From: Nitrososphaerales archaeon
GTDB lineage: Archaea; Thermoproteota; Nitrososphaeria; Nitrososphaerales; UBA213
Assembly (NCBI GenBank): GCA_965197925.1
Contig: CBDAOC010000020.1
Coordinates: 960,001 to 1,024,000 of the forward strand
DNA length: 64,000 nucleotides
Reading direction: 5' to 3'
Below the pieces are notes generated by a model, which did not search any database, had not been told where the DNA came from, and worked only from the letters and a program-made list of their open reading frames with translations. A program made the position numbers and the translations under genes. Shown piece by piece: positions 21,959-33,680 of the stretch (within the stretch, counting starts at the first letter, position 1; each line of letters starts with the position of its first letter).

Positions 21959-22214
21959 CTGTTTCAACCACTCAACAGTGGTTAATGGCTTTTGCGCATA
22001 AGTTCTTGCATTCAAAAATCCAATTCGGCGATCTTGGAAACCAATCTTGGAAAAACAAATTCTAGAATTCTGAAAAGATATATCTGATAAAATACTTATA
22101 ACATTTGTAAAAATTCGTCGGGCAATGTCCAGTGGCTTTGCTGGTGAAGAACTTCATCCCGGAAGGATTGGATAAATTATTTTTCTTTATGAAACGATCT
22201 TCTATAGCTAAGCC

Positions 22215-23135
22215 TTAACTGAGGGCTCTGAATGTGAAATTCCTTTTTGTATCTATATACTTCTCACCGTCAACTTCGGCATAAAGAGAGTAGAAGAATA
22301 GTATTGGTTCGCCTTTTTGTGGAGGCGCTAAGATGATATCCCTACCTTTTGATAACTCGACGTGATTAAGCTCGAGGTTCCCGAATAACCCATTCTTTCC
22401 GTACTTTGTTGAGCAGGATGCATCAACTGGGACCCAGCCCAAATTTGGGGCAAAGAATTCTGCCCAACAGTGATAACCGCATACTTCACAGTCCTCCGAA
22501 CCTTCCACAAGCTCAAAGCCCATCACCAACCTAGATGGTATGTTCATAGATCGGCATAGGGAGATGAAGAGGGCATGGATATCATTACAATTTCCAGTAC
22601 TGCAAGCAAGGGCATGCTCTGAACTACCTACCCAAGATTGCTTTGGAGCGTCATATTGCATACGTCCTACCACATAGTCAAAGATTTTCTTTACCTGTTC
22701 CAAGATGTTTCGTTCCCCCCCCACTACTTCTAACGCTAACCTTCTCATACCATCATCAACTGGCACATGTCTCTCTGGTTGGAGATATCTTTGGAGTAAT
22801 TGCTTGTCACCATCACCAAAAACCCCAACAATATGCGGATCTACACTAACACTATATTCTCGCTTGAGCATTTTGTATCTTAACTTCACACTAACTTCTG
22901 TCATTCCAGGATTTTTGGCTTCAAAGTAAAGTATCTTATTTCCAAACTCTTGATCATATGTTATCCTTACAGGCAATTGAGTTTCAATTTTGAGATCCAA
23001 TAGGCGCTGATGCTCATTGGTAGTTATGGTAGGCATCCAAACTTCTAATCCGCTTGCGTTTTCTGGAATATTATTAACAGTCACGGAATCTACAATATCA
23101 TAGACTCTGCTTTTAAGTCCTTGTACTATAGTCAT
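22215..23135 (-). CDS. Transglutaminase-like domain protein
   Basis: Cys-His-Asp triad motifs GNCNDIH, HCWAEF, GWVPVD. Confidence 0.9.
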   Translation of the reverse strand: MTIVQGLKSRVYDIVDSVTVNNIPENASGLEVWMPTITTNEHQRLLDLKIETQLPVRITYDQEFGNKILYFEAKNPGMTEVSVKLRYKMLKREYSVSVDPHIVGVFGDGDKQLLQRYLQPERHVPVDDGMRRLALEVVGGERNILEQVKKIFDYVVGRMQYDAPKQSWVGSSEHALACSTGNCNDIHALFISLCRSMNIPSRLVMGFELVEGSEDCEVCGYHCWAEFFAPNLGWVPVDASCSTKYGKNGLFGNLELNHVELSKGRDIILAPPQKGEPILFFYSLYAEVDGEKYIDTKRNFTFRALS

Positions 23136-23309
23136 ACTAATAATAGCATTACGTGATGATTGTATAAATCTCTATCCTGAACGACCCAATTTCTTTGTTT
23201 GAGGTTAGGAATCAAGAATGCATAATGTTCAGAAAAATCTAATTGATGCAATCTTAGAATTTATGTAAATTATAATATTATAGGGCAGAAAGCAGAAGTC
23301 TTGTATTTA

Positions 23310-23356
23310 ATAGTAATACATGAGTATAGTAATACATGAGTATAGTAATACATGAG
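23310..23356 (+). repeat. 16-bp tandem repeat x3
   Basis: ATAGTAATACATGAGT repeated about three times. Confidence 0.9.
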
Positions 23357-23510
23357 CATTGTGATGTTAAATTCCCACGAGCCAAATAGATACTGGAACA
23401 AACAATCGCTAATTAGTTTAAATACATATTGACCTAGGTATTACCAGTACAATCATTATACTGGTTTTAACCATCTTCCAAAAATCAAACAAAGATGATC
23501 GCAATATGTA

Positions 23511-24381
23511 CAACTCATCTCAAAACTAACCATTTAGACAATTTTTAGCGACCATTTAGATCCATGAATAGCGACATCTAAAATTATTTTATGAAATTCC
23601 AAGAATTATCAGACAAACAGTGGAGTATGATGGAATCACACATACCACCACATGCAAAAACTGGCAGGCCTAGGGATTATGATAGAAAAATCATTAACGG
23701 AATAATCCATGTTCTAACTACTGGATGCCGATGGGACGATATGCCAAAAAGATATGGTGATGATTCTACTGCAAACAGAAGGTTAAACAAATGGCAACAA
23801 AAAGGAATCTGGAAAAAGATTCTATCACGTACTATTCACTCAGCACATAAATCTGGCAAAATTAGTCTAAAAAAATCAGTTGACTCTTCATCCATTCCTG
23901 ATAAAAAAGGGGCAATGTAACTGGATATAATGGATTCAAGAGAATAACAGGTACAAAAATACATGCCGCAGTAGAGAGTAACGGATTTCCAATATCCATA
24001 CTGTTGAGTCCAGCAAATGAACATGACAGTACAAAATGCATAGATGTTACAGGATCAATTTCAGACTATCTTGATGATGATTCAATACAACAGATAGAAT
24101 CAGTTTATGCAGACAAAATAATGCAAAATACATCAGAATGTATTTGTGGGATAGAAATATTGCATGTTGCATCCCATACAAAATAAATTCCAAGTTCATC
24201 TTGCAAAATAATGATTACAAACATTACAGCAAGACAAGATTTGTAGTTGAGAGATTCCTTGCATGGCTCAAGAATGGATTTCACAGAACAAGAACCAGGT
24301 ATGAAAGAACGGCAGAAAACTACCTGGCATTTGTTAATCCTGCATCATTTTTGATGTATTGTAGGGTTTTGAGATGAGTTG
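23511..24381 (+). mobile_element. IS5-family (IS427-like, two-ORF) insertion sequence, degenerate
   Basis: TIRs CAACTCATCTCAAAAC / GTTTTGAGATGAGTTG. OrfA 23591-23920 (LTTGCRWDDMP) ends at an A6G4 slippery-type site. OrfB (GTKIHAAV...RFVVERFLAWLK) is frameshifted. Confidence 0.9.
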
Positions 24382-24466
24382 GTAATAAAATATTAAAAGG
24401 ATTCATGCATATTGGAACCAATTACTAGGATCTATTTGCGATAATCTTTTGCGTGAAAAATCAATT

Positions 24467-24886
24467 TCACTTTACAATTATCACAGTTTGCTTAGCCTTT
24501 TGAGCTACCGCATTTGAAACGCTACCAAGAACAAGAGTTTTCAACCCATCAAGACCTCTACTACCAACCACAATAGCATCAGCCTCAACTTTTTCAGAGG
24601 TCTCCACAATTTTATCAGCTAGAGAACCCACCATACAAACAACCTCGCTGATAATTCCACGAGTTTTGAGTTGCTGCTGCTTTTCTACTAGAATTTGTTC
24701 ACACTCATTCTGGGAAGCAGTTTATATTTTTTTCTCATCGTAAACTTCACCCTGCATATATGGCGCCTGCTCTGCAACATTGACCAAGACCAGTGTACAA
24801 TCAAGTTTCTCAGCTAGTTCTGCTACATATTCTAATGCCTTTTCTGAACATTTTCAACCATCAAGTCCAACCACAAACTTTGTCAT
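24467..24886 (-). pseudogene. Universal stress protein (UspA family) with two in-frame stops
   Basis: MTKFVVGLDG*KCSEKAL...KKI*TAS...ADAIVVGSRGLDGLKTLVLGSVSNAVAQKAKQTVIIVK*. Absent from the ORF track. Confidence 0.9.
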
Positions 24887-24923
24887 CAAGATACACCTGT
24901 ATTATCCAATTAAATAGTTAGTT

Positions 24924-26009
24924 GAGGCTTGGGCGTAATTTAGTTCGAAACGATAAGATCAGGTTCTAGTTTTTATTGTTGATATGTTTAGCTCATACTC
25001 GATACTCCTTCGTATATTATTTTTGATTGACGTGATTCTAGTCAAAACCTAATAGGAAAAGGGTAGACCATTCTACTATTCTCCTACAGTTATGGTGAGA
25101 TGCTTCATCGTTAGAGTATGGATAAGAATACCAAGCAACAATGCTTTGCATGAAACTTTTTGATAGACATGCCATACAACAGGAAGGTAATGAAGGCATG
25201 TGGTCTTGATAGGTTGCCAGACAGAAGAACATTCGACAGAAGGTCAAGGCCGTATCAATTGACATAAGATCAAGGATAGATGTTATGGGTGTGCTCTTCA
25301 TAAAAGATGGGTTGGTAGACCCAGCCATAGTATCCGTTGACAGTTCATTGTTGAAAGCAAAGGGACATGTATGGCATAGATCAAACATGAAGAATGAAGT
25401 GCCACGCTCGGGTATAGATACAGATGCTCGATGGGGATTCAGCAGAACCAAGGGATGGGTATTCGGATACAAGATGCATCTAGCATGTAGTACTGGTTCG
25501 TTGATAGTTCCATTATCAGCTGATTTCACAACAGCTAACATTACTGATAACAAGATGTATGAAAGCATAACATCTTCATTGCCTACAGGAATGGTAAGGT
25601 ATGTTGTAGGAGATGAAGGATATGATGATCACAAGTTATGTGATTTCAGCAGGTATAGAGGGTATCCAGTATTCCCATTGGAAAGGTATAGGCATACTAC
25701 AGATAATAATAGACTGGCATTGCTGCAGTTCTATAACTCTGAATATGGGCAGCATGTATATTCGCAAAGAAGCATAAGCGTTGAACCATTGATAGAGCAT
25801 ATGAAGGATGTATTTACCATAGATCCATTGCCAGTTAGAGGATTTGATAAGGTAAGGAGTATGGTGTTGTTATCAGTATTGTTGTATCAGGTAATGGTTT
25901 ACTACAACTACTTGACAGGAAGGCCTCTTAGGGCATTGAAGCACATTCTTGGAAGTTAATCAATCAGATGCATCAAGTTATTTTTGTTATGAAATTATGT
26001 CTATGCCTC
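24924..26009 (+). mobile_element. ~1.1-kb DDE insertion sequence (IS4/IS5-like superfamily), copy 1
   Basis: TIRs GAGGCTTGGGCGTAATT / AATTATGTCTATGCCTC; 8-bp TSD AGTTAGTT/AGTTAATT; DSSLL, GWVFGYKMH, GDEGYD, RSISVEP. Confidence 0.92.
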
Positions 26010-26071
26010 AGTTAATTATTGAGAGATTCGATGATTATTATTTGGTTTTCCTTACAATATATAAATAATAA

Positions 26072-26371
26072 TTAAAGTATAGTTAGACTGGTAGCCTCGT
26101 AAAGTTTTTTATTTAATTTAGTTATAGACGCATTTAACAAAGCGCTATCTGACTCGTCGAGTTTCATTTTTCTACTTTGGCTCAGCAGCGTCATCAATTC
26201 ACCGACTAGATCATTTTTGGCTTGCTTTTGCTGCCTCTGGTAGGCAACACGATGTCTGAGATCCTCAGTTGGGGGTTGCGTAGCCTGAGTAGATATCTCT
26301 ATTATTTGTGCACCTATACTATTCATACGTTTTATATTTTCCTTGATATTACTCTTGATATTACTCGTCAT
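26072..26371 (-). CDS. Hypothetical helical protein
   Basis: 99-aa ORF, no recognised motif. Confidence 0.45.
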   Translation of the reverse strand: MTSNIKSNIKENIKRMNSIGAQIIEISTQATQPPTEDLRHRVAYQRQQKQAKNDLVGELMTLLSQSRKMKLDESDSALLNASITKLNKKLYEATSLTIL

Positions 26372-27283
26372 ATATCACCCAATTCATATTTGCTGACATT
26401 AGTACAAACCAAATAACCCAAACATCCCTGGCGCAACGATTCATATCTAGCACTATCACCAAAATTTGAGAGTTGCCTCATAATTCCAGCGAGTTTTGAG
26501 TCGAGACCCCAATCCTTCATAGAACTGACCACCTCATTATAGTTATTTTATCATGTAGATACTAATAACTTCTTCTATATTTGAAATAATTTCATTTAAT
26601 CATCATCTTTTTCCTTGCTGATCAAAGCCATACCCATAGAACTTAAGGCAGGAACGCCATTGATTCTGCTATGATAATCTTTTGTAATTCAGGATGTTTC
26701 TTCCTAAAAGAGATGCTAGTTCTTATAACCTCAATAATTCTATAAATTCCTTGTTTACATCACCGTTAAGGTTCTTTCAATAATGTTTATTGCAATATCG
26801 TTAATGAAGATATGAAAAATTCTGATATAAGGTCGCATAGAATGTAATAAACAATTAATTCTAACCTTGATACAATGAAATATTGAGGGCTGGTTTAAAA
26901 ATCATTTAGTTTAAGGTTTTGGTTTGGATCCAAAGAAAATGTAAACCTCAAAGTAACGGTCATACTACCATAAAGTATCTTTAAAAAATTCTTCAATAAT
27001 CATATCATGTGATTCATCTCTTTACAAATGCCGCACTGCATTTCAAAATAGTTGATTTTTAGAGTCTTGATAAATTACGCAATGCATTGACAGAGTATTA
27101 TTGAAGACCCCATCAGGCCTGTATAATATGGTTAGTGGTTCTCTATTCTTTACGTTTTTATTTTCAAGTATAATATCTATCTATAATACATCATTCTTGA
27201 TTTGGATCATAATCATATGATAAATAATCCTTTGTTAAGTGAAATAGTACGAAATAGGAAATTGGGCGGGGTAACCATATTCT

Positions 27284-29368
27284 CTAGACTCTAGTAACAT
27301 TTGTTCCTTCATTTGTCATTGTGAATTTGTATATATTGTCAATATCAGCATTCTCGAAAATTTCAGAATCATGTGTGATCAGTATCATCTGCGACAATGG
27401 CCCCAAACCTGATCTAAATGCTTCGGTAATTATTTTTACAAGGGATCTCCTCCTCTCTTCGTCCAAATGTGTAGTAGGTTCATCAAGGATGACAAAATCT
27501 AGCTTACCCGAACCCATGACGTAGGCCATGCCTAATCTTAATGCCAAAGCAACGGCAACTTTTTCTCCACCGCTTAATGATTCCATGTCAATAGCACCAC
27601 CCCTTCCATAACATTCAATGGAAATGTTTCTGGCCTTTTCTGTTAATTGAAGCCTCGAAATGCTCATATTAAACATGGCGGTATATTCTGACGCCTTCTG
27701 CGATATGGTCTTTAGAGCCCATGTTCGTAAACTCATACTAACTATCCCATCTCTATTATAAACTGAATTTCTTATTTTTTCGAAAATCTTTAAATAATTA
27801 CTCGCCTTCTCAACTGCTTTAATTGCAATCTCTAAAGTTGAACATTCATTTTCAGCCTGCTTGAATTTGTTCTTATATTCACCTATTTGGGCTTCAAGCT
27901 GTGGTATGAGTTTTGTAACTAATTTCTCACGTTCCTTTTTTATTTGTTCATATGTTACACTATCGAAACTTTTTGTTTCTTTTCGCATGTTTAATACTTT
28001 CAAAGTAAGTGCTTTAGAATAATCATCGAAATCAATCTGATCAATGTTACGAATACTAGCAAAATTCTCCGGAAAATTAGTTAAAGCATTTTTTTTGTGT
28101 ATTACATCTCTCTCAATCACGTTGACATCGCTTATGTTACCAATCCCATTGTTCCTCAAGAAAGATTCAGCATTGTTTTTTTCAATTTCTTTCAATCTCC
28201 ATTTCCTCTCATTATTGTTTAAAACCTGTTTTTCTGCGGTTAACCTTTTATACTCTTCCTTTTTTTTGTCCAATTCATTTTTTAGATGATCAACATCATA
28301 CATCATCTCTATTTGATTCACGGGAGATCTGCATATAGGACACTTTCCATCAATTAGTTGTAATTTGTCTCCAACTTCTAAAAGCGTCTTAAGCCTTCCG
28401 ATGTGATTATTTGTACTTTCTAATTTAGAATCTAACTCAGATATCAATGTGGGTATTTCCTTTGATTGGAAATCTACCCGGTCTATATCATCAATGATTA
28501 GAAGGGATTTTTTGGATTTATCTACAAGTTGTTTGCTGTCATTTATTTCCTGTTCTAATTGTTTTCTTCTGGTCTTGATATAATTGAATAAAGCCCCTTC
28601 AATACCCTCAAGTTCGCGAATTTTCAGATGAAGCGGTTCTTGTTCCTTAATAGTATTATCCAATTGTTGTATTTTAGTTAGCAAGTATTCCCTTTCTTTT
28701 TCAAACACATCTAATCTTTCCCGGGCATCCTGAATCGCCTTTTTCGAAGATTGTAATTTTTCTCTGAGGGTGACAATATTAGAATCATCATATCCAACTT
28801 TCTTTCGCAATTCAGATCTAAAACGTTGGATCACTTCTTTCATAGCCTGATAGGCTAAATCTAATCTATCCAATCCGAATAGGCTGTTTATCAGTTCCTT
28901 AAACTCCCTAGGATGTCCTTGGATTATAGTATTTAGTTCACCTTGTTGTACAACAGCTGCAACTTTGAGTTTTGAGTAATCCAGTCCCAAGATCTTTGTT
29001 GCTTCCACCGCTACAGATTCAGAAAACTGCCTTCTCTCACCGGTAACAATTTCTATAGGCCCATCAGATTTTTGCTCTATAATCTTTGCTCCAATAAGAT
29101 GACCTAACGAGTTTAATCCCCTAGTAATTTTGAACCTTCTTCCTCTAATTGACATTTCAACCTGTACTAAACATGAATAAGAATCACGCTTTACCAGATT
29201 TTTGTTAACCCTTCTTGTGTGCTCACCGTATAGAGCAAATGTTATGGCGTCTATTATACCTGATTTGCCCGCACCGTTATGACCGATGAATAATGTTAAT
29301 CCTTCATCAAATATTAGAGAAGTATTATTATGGGAAATAAAATTTTCCAGTTGCACATTTTCGATCAT
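27284..29368 (-). CDS. rad50: Rad50 ATPase
   Basis: GHNGAGKS, CPIC zinc hook, LSGGE, ILDEPT, ITHD. Confidence 0.95.
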   Translation of the reverse strand: MIENVQLENFISHNNTSLIFDEGLTLFIGHNGAGKSGIIDAITFALYGEHTRRVNKNLVKRDSYSCLVQVEMSIRGRRFKITRGLNSLGHLIGAKIIEQKSDGPIEIVTGERRQFSESVAVEATKILGLDYSKLKVAAVVQQGELNTIIQGHPREFKELINSLFGLDRLDLAYQAMKEVIQRFRSELRKKVGYDDSNIVTLREKLQSSKKAIQDARERLDVFEKEREYLLTKIQQLDNTIKEQEPLHLKIRELEGIEGALFNYIKTRRKQLEQEINDSKQLVDKSKKSLLIIDDIDRVDFQSKEIPTLISELDSKLESTNNHIGRLKTLLEVGDKLQLIDGKCPICRSPVNQIEMMYDVDHLKNELDKKKEEYKRLTAEKQVLNNNERKWRLKEIEKNNAESFLRNNGIGNISDVNVIERDVIHKKNALTNFPENFASIRNIDQIDFDDYSKALTLKVLNMRKETKSFDSVTYEQIKKEREKLVTKLIPQLEAQIGEYKNKFKQAENECSTLEIAIKAVEKASNYLKIFEKIRNSVYNRDGIVSMSLRTWALKTISQKASEYTAMFNMSISRLQLTEKARNISIECYGRGGAIDMESLSGGEKVAVALALRLGMAYVMGSGKLDFVILDEPTTHLDEERRRSLVKIITEAFRSGLGPLSQMILITHDSEIFENADIDNIYKFTMTNEGTNVTRV

Positions 29369-30516
29369 GATTCAACCTCATTCTTGATAAATCTGGAATT
29401 CTCATAGACTTTCCATGCTAGTTCAAACGCTTCATCGTTTTCGCCTTCTGATAATAATGGAAGCATTTCCTTCACTGCAAATACGGCAAGCTCATCAGAG
29501 CCCAAGGCTTCCCTGGTCCTCTTTAGCATTTCAATATCAAAATCTGTAGGCATTTCATCATACACAGAAGGTGATGTCTTTCCTTCCTCTACCGGTTCCC
29601 ATACATAATGTAAGGCATAATCATTTAATTTTGATAGATTCGAGGCAATTACCCCTGAATCTACATCTTGTCCTATAACTTGTAACGACACTATCGGTTT
29701 CTTATTCAATGATCTTATGGTAGAAATGGTCTTATCGATCTGCTTTTCAATATCTTTATAATTGATCTTTGCGGCAATTTGGGGTCTGATTTCTAACTTG
29801 ACCCAGTTCAGTACTGCTTCCTTTCCTGAAGTGTCTACTATATAAAATCCCTTTTCTGTTTCTTTTATAGTCTCTGTCGAAGTTATCTCAAGTGAACCCG
29901 GATAACCAAGAGGACCTCCTAATTGTTCAAAGCGTTTCTCATATCTATCATGATAGTGTCCCATTGCGTAATAATCAAAATTTACTGGCAGATCTGTAGC
30001 ATTCATCTCTCCAGCTAAACTGTTGAAATCAATGAGACCTTGGTGCAGAATCAGTATTCGTCTTCCAGAAAATCTTTTCGCCCTTTCTTCAGCTTCCTTT
30101 AGCTTAACAACCAATTCATCTATCTCACTCTTCCGATGCTTGTCAAATCCGATCAAAAGGGTATCATTTATTGGAAACGGAACACCATTTTTCAAATAAA
30201 TTGCGTATCCTAAATTATGAAACAAGAATGACAATGGTACACCCCGGGTTCTGCTTATATCATGTTCACCCAAAATAAAAAATGTCTTTATATCTCGCTC
30301 TTTCAGTTTTTTCAACGCATTACCAAGTCTTACCACTGCTGCTCCTTGGGGTTTTGGCATCTGGAAGAGATCTCCAGCTAGTATCACTATCTTCACACAT
30401 TCCTTTATTGAAATATTTATTGCCTGATCAAATGCATCATAAACATCCTCCTCCCTTTCTTCCAGGTTGAATTGAGAATATCCTAAGTGTATATCAGATA
30501 TGTGAGCAATGGACAT
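29365..30516 (-). CDS. mre11: Mre11 nuclease
   Basis: HISDIHLG, AGDLF, GEHD, LHQG, GHYH, YPGS. Confidence 0.95.
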   Translation of the reverse strand: MSIAHISDIHLGYSQFNLEEREEDVYDAFDQAINISIKECVKIVILAGDLFQMPKPQGAAVVRLGNALKKLKERDIKTFFILGEHDISRTRGVPLSFLFHNLGYAIYLKNGVPFPINDTLLIGFDKHRKSEIDELVVKLKEAEERAKRFSGRRILILHQGLIDFNSLAGEMNATDLPVNFDYYAMGHYHDRYEKRFEQLGGPLGYPGSLEITSTETIKETEKGFYIVDTSGKEAVLNWVKLEIRPQIAAKINYKDIEKQIDKTISTIRSLNKKPIVSLQVIGQDVDSGVIASNLSKLNDYALHYVWEPVEEGKTSPSVYDEMPTDFDIEMLKRTREALGSDELAVFAVKEMLPLLSEGENDEAFELAWKVYENSRFIKNEVES

Positions 30517-30522
30517 ACAGCA

Positions 30523-32052
30523 TCAATCTTTCAGATACTCCTTTTTAATCATAGCCTGAGTAGATTCCCTAGTCGCTGTATGTATTTTATACATCTGCTT
30601 CCATTCTTTCACCGCCTGTTGATCCGAACCAATTTTCTTCTCCATAACTTGGTCAATATAAACAAAAGCAGTTAGATTAACCCATTGCCCAACAAAGATA
30701 GCTTCCCCTGGATTTAATGACGGTAGCTGTTCTATGATATCCTTGCTAAGCCCTTCACTCGCAGCAGAAACTTGCGCTTGATCCTCCTGCTGTACCATTT
30801 TCATGATCGCAACAGAGCCCATTTGGCTTAGAACATTTGTATCAATGCCTCTAGGTCTCTGAGAAACAATCACTAACCCTAAACCAAATTTTCTCCCTTC
30901 ACGGGCAACCTTTGCAGCCATGTATTTGGTCTCCGTTTTTTCCTCCTTGGGTATAAAAACATGGGCTTCCTCTATTACAACAAGAACGGGGGCAGGAAAT
31001 TTTGCTGGACTCTTGCTCTCAATGTCTCCCTTCCTAGCCCTGGTAGCCTTTTTTCTATCATCTAAAAGTTCTTCTAGGTAGAATCTTACTGCAATATCGG
31101 CTTGCCTGTTGGTAAGTTCTATTAAGCTAAGGACATTCACCTTCCCGTTTTTAATTAGGGCAGTGGGATCATCTAAACTTGGATCCAATATTCTTCTGAA
31201 GCGCCTTCTGGCATCATCAATCTTGTCTTCTACACGTTCGGCAGCTTCTCTATAGCTTTTTTCATTGGAAAAAACTCTCACATTTGTGATTAGGGTTTCC
31301 CAAAAATTCTCACCTTGTTTTGATTTCACCTCATTGGTGAATGCTTTATGTAACACATGCATCTGATTTGTAGCTGATTCCTTGATCTCTATGACCTCAG
31401 CAAATTTTTCAAAATTCAATAAGCGCGGGTTTATCTTTGCGTCTATAACATTTATTCCATTGATCTCTAGTGTTGGATAGTCATCGTGATAATCAAAGAT
31501 CACCATCGTACCACTTATACTAGCCATATTTTTTGCAATCAATGATACTAGGTTACTCTTACCCATTCCCGTCATTGCAAGAATTGCCAAATGTCGTGAA
31601 ACGATTTTGTCTATGTTTATCCTAGCTTCGACGTTACTATTCCTTAATAGTGAACCAATTCGCATCCATTCATCATTTGTTGATGTGAATATAATCCCAA
31701 GATCATCTTGCGTTGCTTCCAGAACCTTTGTCCCAGGTAATGGAGGTATATCGGGCATTATTGTCCTTCCCTTCTTCAGGTGATCCAGATAACCGAGTAT
31801 TCTCACCCATGCCCTATAGCTTTTATCTCTTTCATTGGCATCTGCAACCACCTTGCTCTCAAGTGCTTCCATATAATTTCTGATATCTTTGTTTAATGCA
31901 TCGCTTACAGTCTTGGATTTTTCTACCAATCCTAGGATCTTTCCATTAACGCTATCTAGTAGTACATATTCTCCCGCACTGACAGGTCTTTTCCCTTCTA
32001 ACATAACTTCATAAGCTTTTGATTCACCAACGATTATCCCTATTTCTTTCAT
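30523..32052 (-). CDS. herA: HerA helicase/ATPase
   Basis: HAS barrel; RHLAILAMTGMGKS; IEEAH; REGRKFG; SQRP. Confidence 0.95.
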   Translation of the reverse strand: MKEIGIIVGESKAYEVMLEGKRPVSAGEYVLLDSVNGKILGLVEKSKTVSDALNKDIRNYMEALESKVVADANERDKSYRAWVRILGYLDHLKKGRTIMPDIPPLPGTKVLEATQDDLGIIFTSTNDEWMRIGSLLRNSNVEARINIDKIVSRHLAILAMTGMGKSNLVSLIAKNMASISGTMVIFDYHDDYPTLEINGINVIDAKINPRLLNFEKFAEVIEIKESATNQMHVLHKAFTNEVKSKQGENFWETLITNVRVFSNEKSYREAAERVEDKIDDARRRFRRILDPSLDDPTALIKNGKVNVLSLIELTNRQADIAVRFYLEELLDDRKKATRARKGDIESKSPAKFPAPVLVVIEEAHVFIPKEEKTETKYMAAKVAREGRKFGLGLVIVSQRPRGIDTNVLSQMGSVAIMKMVQQEDQAQVSAASEGLSKDIIEQLPSLNPGEAIFVGQWVNLTAFVYIDQVMEKKIGSDQQAVKEWKQMYKIHTATRESTQAMIKKEYLKD

Positions 32053-32894
32053 CGAAGCACCTCCCTTGACCCTATCTCATTCTTGAGCCCATAAATGCTT
32101 ACTAGTCTCTCAAGGTCATCATCGGTTATCAAAGCGGTATGATGAGCAACCTTGAGCACATTTGGATAGCCAGAAACGCTTCCAAAGACAATTCGATCGA
32201 TGGTTCTTTCGACTTCAGATTGAACAACTTCATAAGGAAATTCCAATTTTATCAAAGGTGTATAATCATTTAGTCGTGCATAAACGACCGCGATACGTTT
32301 GCCGTAACCCTCTCCACCACGTTTTAGGTGATGTGGTTGACTATATCCAGATTTATTGCTAATATGATTGAAATAGTAAATGTCACCAACCTTACTATTC
32401 ATAGAATCAAAAAGCTCTCTACTATCTGATGTCTTTGAAATAAAAATAATGTTTGGATATAGGTTTGTTAGATCAATGGCACCCTTTATGGCAGGACCAG
32501 AGGCTATAGTGAATCTGGATATCAAGGAACCATCAATCAAGACAAGATCTGAACTCTTGGCTGCTTGGGCCGCCACGTTTGTTTCCATCTCCATCGATCT
32601 TGCTACAAGTTGACGTTGGTCTATTATTTTTATTCTACTCTCATATTCTTTAGCCACGACATTCCCATGACCATTTACACTGACAGCATCTATAACGCAC
32701 AAATGAAAACCTTGGAAACTTCTCTTATTGTAACTACTGTCGACTCCTACAATAGCGCATTCTCTTGGTGAGGGTTGATATTCTGTCCACAGCTCATCGG
32801 CTCTTTCGAAAATGTCTTTGTTCAAATTTATAGATACAACGGAAGTCTCATGCTCACGATTTTTTATTGCATCCAAGTATATTTCGTGTAGCAC
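32049..32894 (-). CDS. nurA: NurA nuclease
   Basis: GVDSS, LIDGSL, ISKTS, GYPNVLKVAH; operon context. Confidence 0.9.
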   Translation of the reverse strand: MLHEIYLDAIKNREHETSVVSINLNKDIFERADELWTEYQPSPRECAIVGVDSSYNKRSFQGFHLCVIDAVSVNGHGNVVAKEYESRIKIIDQRQLVARSMEMETNVAAQAAKSSDLVLIDGSLISRFTIASGPAIKGAIDLTNLYPNIIFISKTSDSRELFDSMNSKVGDIYYFNHISNKSGYSQPHHLKRGGEGYGKRIAVVYARLNDYTPLIKLEFPYEVVQSEVERTIDRIVFGSVSGYPNVLKVAHHTALITDDDLERLVSIYGLKNEIGSREVLR

Positions 32895-33235
32895 AACCTA
32901 GCAAATGAAAACAGCCTTAAATTGTTTTTTAGTTCATATTATGTAGTTCATATTGTTTAGTTCATAAATGAAAGCTACATTCTGTTGTTATGGTTTTATG
33001 TAAACTGCATAAAATTTCTGATTGACTCAGGTGTCAAAGATCCTACTGATCTAAATCCAGTAATTTTATTGACCAAATACTTACTTCAATTAGTAAAAAG
33101 CAACGCAAGTAGCCTACTTCCATTTATTGCTAATTCCTATTTCATCGCCAGTTAGTTCAGGCACGATTAAGGTTTTTAGATTTTCTAATAGTAAAATTAA
33201 CCTAAAAAACATAACATCTAGTACTTTGAAATTGG

Positions 33236-33643
33236 TTAACCTACACGCATTTGTTTAAGTTCAAATGGTGGGATATTCATTGTTAGATACTCGTTTATCC
33301 TAAACTTAATATCATCCGCAGTAAGATCTTCCATGCTCGGAGAACCAACATCGAAGATAATCTTTTCTGGTTTGATCTGGACGTTTGTAACGACCAGGTC
33401 TGCATATTGATTGGTTAACTCATTGATCCAATACCTAATCTCAGCTGCTTTCAAGTCTGAAACATCCAATTCTATCTTTATTGATTTGAATTTTGCACTA
33501 CCTGAATATTCCTTCCCACTTTCTATGTTATAATCCTGAACACTTGCTCCATGTGCTTGCTTTGCATGTTCCAGCAATTCCTCTTCCTTCCCAAATTTGC
33601 TACCGCATTCACAATTAAATTTCTTCCCGAATAACCCCATCAT
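33236..33643 (-). CDS. Small protein with N-terminal C2H2-like zinc finger
   Basis: CECGSKF...LLEHAKQAH. Confidence 0.7.
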   Translation of the reverse strand: MMGLFGKKFNCECGSKFGKEEELLEHAKQAHGASVQDYNIESGKEYSGSAKFKSIKIELDVSDLKAAEIRYWINELTNQYADLVVTNVQIKPEKIIFDVGSPSMEDLTADDIKFRINEYLTMNIPPFELKQMRVG

Positions 33644-33680
33644 TATAATACGACTTGAAACTAGTATAATAACCCTCTGG

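Noticed and set aside
22115..22170. Fluoride riboswitch upstream of the PiT-family gene
   Set aside because: GGGATGAAGTTC resembles the 5' strand only; the pairing 3' strand is absent.
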